IMG/VR virus record: IMGVR_UViG_3300020316_000018
Coordinates: 1 to 32,025 of that record
Origin: a virus
Lineage: Duplodnaviria > Caudoviricetes
Length of the DNA stretch: 32,025 nucleotides
Strand: one strand, 5' to 3'
The notes under the pieces were generated by a model, which did not search any database, had not been told where the DNA came from, and was given only the letters and a program-made list of their open reading frames with translations. Positions 30,088 to 32,025 of the stretch are shown piece by piece (positions within the stretch are counted from its first letter, which is position 1; each line of letters starts with the position of its first letter). Both the position numbers and the translations under genes were made by a program.

Positions 30088-30495
30088 ATGAGTACTTTAA
30101 AGGCAGCGAATATACAAAGTACCACTACAGGTGCTCCGACGTTTAAAACTAGTGCTGGCACGGAGATTGGTCAACTTGCAAAAGCGTGGGTCAATTTTAA
30201 CGGTCGCAATACACCTTCAATCCGAGATGATTTTAATGTCAATTCATTGACTGATCTTGGAACAGGCAAATATAAAATCACCTTCTCTAATGCGATGACA
30301 AGCGCAAATTACGCTATCGCTGGAAGTTCTGCTGAGCTTGGCAGCACGGGCAACAATGACGCGTTTTTTGGAGCGGGTCGTGCCAACAACTACAGCGATC
30401 TACACACAACAACTTTTTGCACAGTTACTGTTTGTGGAGCAGGTGGAAGCGATAGTGATCGAGACATGATTAACGCAATCATTTTCGGAGCTTGA
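30088..30495 (+). CDS. Free-standing AKAWVNF-domain protein (tip-like)
   Basis: MSTLKA..AKAWVNFNG..IRDDFNVNSLTDLGTGKYKITF; paralogous to the C-terminus of 25418..26875. Confidence 0.7.
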   Translation: MSTLKAANIQSTTTGAPTFKTSAGTEIGQLAKAWVNFNGRNTPSIRDDFNVNSLTDLGTGKYKITFSNAMTSANYAIAGSSAELGSTGNNDAFFGAGRANNYSDLHTTTFCTVTVCGAGGSDSDRDMINAIIFGA

Positions 30496-30498
30496 TTC

Positions 30499-30912
30499 AT
30501 GAGCACCATAAAAGTAAACAATTTACAAAATGCTTCTGGAGGTTCAAATTCAACGCCAGAACAAATTCAGCAAGGAAGAGCAAAGGCGTGGGCCGACTTT
30601 GACGGTTCAGTCTCTGACCCCAATAGCACATTGAATGGACACAACGTTAATTCTATTACTGACAACGGCTCAGGCGATTACACTATAAGCTTTACAAATA
30701 GTCTGGCCAATGCAAATTATGCTGTGTTGGGGTTTGGTCATGACGATAGTTCAGGCAATAACGGTTACGTCTATGCCCTAAAAAGCAACAGTAATGCTTG
30801 GAGGAGCGGAACGTATTACACCACAAGCTCAGCACGAGTAACGTTTGGATACGCTGGTGGTTCTGGTCTGGTTGATATGAAACGAGTTCAAGTTGTCGTT
30901 TTCGGAGATTAA
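30499..30912 (+). CDS. Free-standing AKAW-domain protein (tip-like)
   Basis: MSTIKV..AKAWADFDG..NVNSITDNGSGDYTISF. Confidence 0.7.
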   Translation: MSTIKVNNLQNASGGSNSTPEQIQQGRAKAWADFDGSVSDPNSTLNGHNVNSITDNGSGDYTISFTNSLANANYAVLGFGHDDSSGNNGYVYALKSNSNAWRSGTYYTTSSARVTFGYAGGSGLVDMKRVQVVVFGD

Positions 30913-30915
30913 ACC

Positions 30916-31461
30916 ATGAGTCAAATTAAGGTAGATAGTATTGTTCCAAGAGGTGGACTTTCTGGTGGTGCCAGTGGTGGAATTATACAAACAGTTCACA
31001 ATTTTAGTAACACAATTATAGAGACGAGTGATGATGCTGATGTCATTTCAGCAACTATTACCCCATCGAGTTCATCAAGTAAAATTTTATTCATGTATAA
31101 TGGTAACGTAGCTCAGGAAAGCACTGAAGGACGAGAATGGGCATTCATAGCGTATAGAGGTTCAACTCAAATTCGCATTGGAAGCGACAAAGGAACTAGC
31201 AACAGCAGAGCAACATTCCAAGCTTTTGGTACTGACAACCGCGCTGCTGCGAGCAACCATAATGGATCATATACTCTAACTGGCATTTTAGTTGATGAAC
31301 CTAACACTACTTCAGCAGTAACTTATAAACTTGCTATAGAACAATTTTATACGAGTGGAACTACTGCACCAGTTAAGGTTGGGGAATCTGGATGGGATGG
31401 ATCTAATATTGAACAGGTAACTAATGGTTACTCTTTAACACTAATGGAGATTTCAGGATGA
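30916..31461 (+). CDS. Small fibre-associated (tip/adhesin-like) protein
   Basis: MSQIKVDSI..GGIIQTV..ITPSSSSSKIL..P.TTSAVTYK..TLMEISG; related to 21666..22187. Confidence 0.55.
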   Translation: MSQIKVDSIVPRGGLSGGASGGIIQTVHNFSNTIIETSDDADVISATITPSSSSSKILFMYNGNVAQESTEGREWAFIAYRGSTQIRIGSDKGTSNSRATFQAFGTDNRAAASNHNGSYTLTGILVDEPNTTSAVTYKLAIEQFYTSGTTAPVKVGESGWDGSNIEQVTNGYSLTLMEISG

Positions 31462-31811
31462 TTGGAAAAGCACTTCAAAACTTAAGACCAGGATCAAAAT
31501 GGACTGTTCGTGGTGATTCTTATAGTGGGATAGATTGGAAAGACACAGAACAAACAAAACCAACAGAAGAAGAAGTAAATTCGGAAGTAGCAAGACTTCA
31601 ATCAGAAGAACCTATGAAAAGGTTGAGACTTTATAGAAATAGTCTTTTGGCAGAAACAGATTGGTGGGTTCTTCCTGATAGAACTGCATCTGAAGCACAG
31701 TTAGCATATCGTCAGGCACTTAGAGACCTTCCAAGCACTGCCACACCTGTGTTAGATAACACCTCAAAACCAGGTATTTCGGGAGTTACTTGGCCAACAA
31801 AACCTTCATAA
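31458..31811 (+). CDS. Tail fibre assembly chaperone
   Basis: LRPGSKW..KPT.EE..RNSLLAETDW..YRQALRDLP..WPTKPS; paralogue of 22187..22519. Confidence 0.8.
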   Translation: MIGKALQNLRPGSKWTVRGDSYSGIDWKDTEQTKPTEEEVNSEVARLQSEEPMKRLRLYRNSLLAETDWWVLPDRTASEAQLAYRQALRDLPSTATPVLDNTSKPGISGVTWPTKPS

Positions 31812-31836
31812 ATACTCAAAAAGTGTAGATAATGGC
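31809..31836 (+). promoter_or_regulatory. Cassette junction 6
   Basis: taaatactcaaaaagtgtagataATGgc. Confidence 0.8.
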
Positions 31837-32025
31837 AGCTCTAGATTTTCCAGGTAGTCCCAGTAATGGTGATACTTATACCGCTAACAATTTAACTTAT
31901 GTCTATGATGCTACTGATGATGTCTGGAATGTTCAGACTTCCACAGTATCTTTTGTAAGGGAAGCATCTGGTGGATTATCTACAACCACTAATGTTGGTA
32001 TTAACACCGATGTTATTGACAAAGG
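31832..32025 (+). CDS. Next anchor-bearing fibre gene (runs off the right window edge; absent from ORF track)
   Basis: Manual translation [35 protein letters not shown]..., open to the window end. Confidence 0.85.
   Translation, partial: MAALDFPGSPSNGDTYTANNLTYVYDATDDVWNVQTSTVSFVREASGGLSTTTNVGINTDVIDK

Noticed and set aside
18755-31836. Junction repeats as a CRISPR array or integron attC sites
   Set aside because: Degenerate, kb-spaced and non-palindromic; explained as promoter plus leader; no cas or integrase gene in the window.
16745-32025. Invertase-type (Gin/Cin/shufflon) tail fibre switch
   Set aside because: All genes are on the + strand; no inverted crossover sites or recombinase seen.

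Overview
This window is the tail/baseplate module of a T4-like myovirus, most resembling marine cyanophages; the host cannot be proven from this window. A short leftward operon (gp4, gp2-like, gp48, gp53) and a long rightward late operon diverge from a 37-bp gap that holds two opposed TAAATA late-promoter cores. The rightward operon runs gp54/gp19-like, gp26, gp51, two tape-measure-like genes (the second with an M15 peptidase domain), a gp27-like hub gene, a lysozyme-less and apparently split gp5, and two large structural genes. From 16.7 kb to the end lies an array of collagen-like fibre genes, small tip-like genes and fibre chaperones. Two observations stand out. (1) The gp26/gp51 junction carries a complete -1 ribosomal frameshift signal (internal SD, T TTT TTC, 5-nt spacer, 11-12 bp hairpin) predicting a 300-aa fusion, like the lambda G/GT or P2 E/E' tail chaperones. 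(2) Six fibre genes each begin with the same promoter-leader-N-terminal anchor cassette, followed by shuffled collagen stalks, knob domains and different tips. All product calls come from motif recognition and synteny, not database searches.
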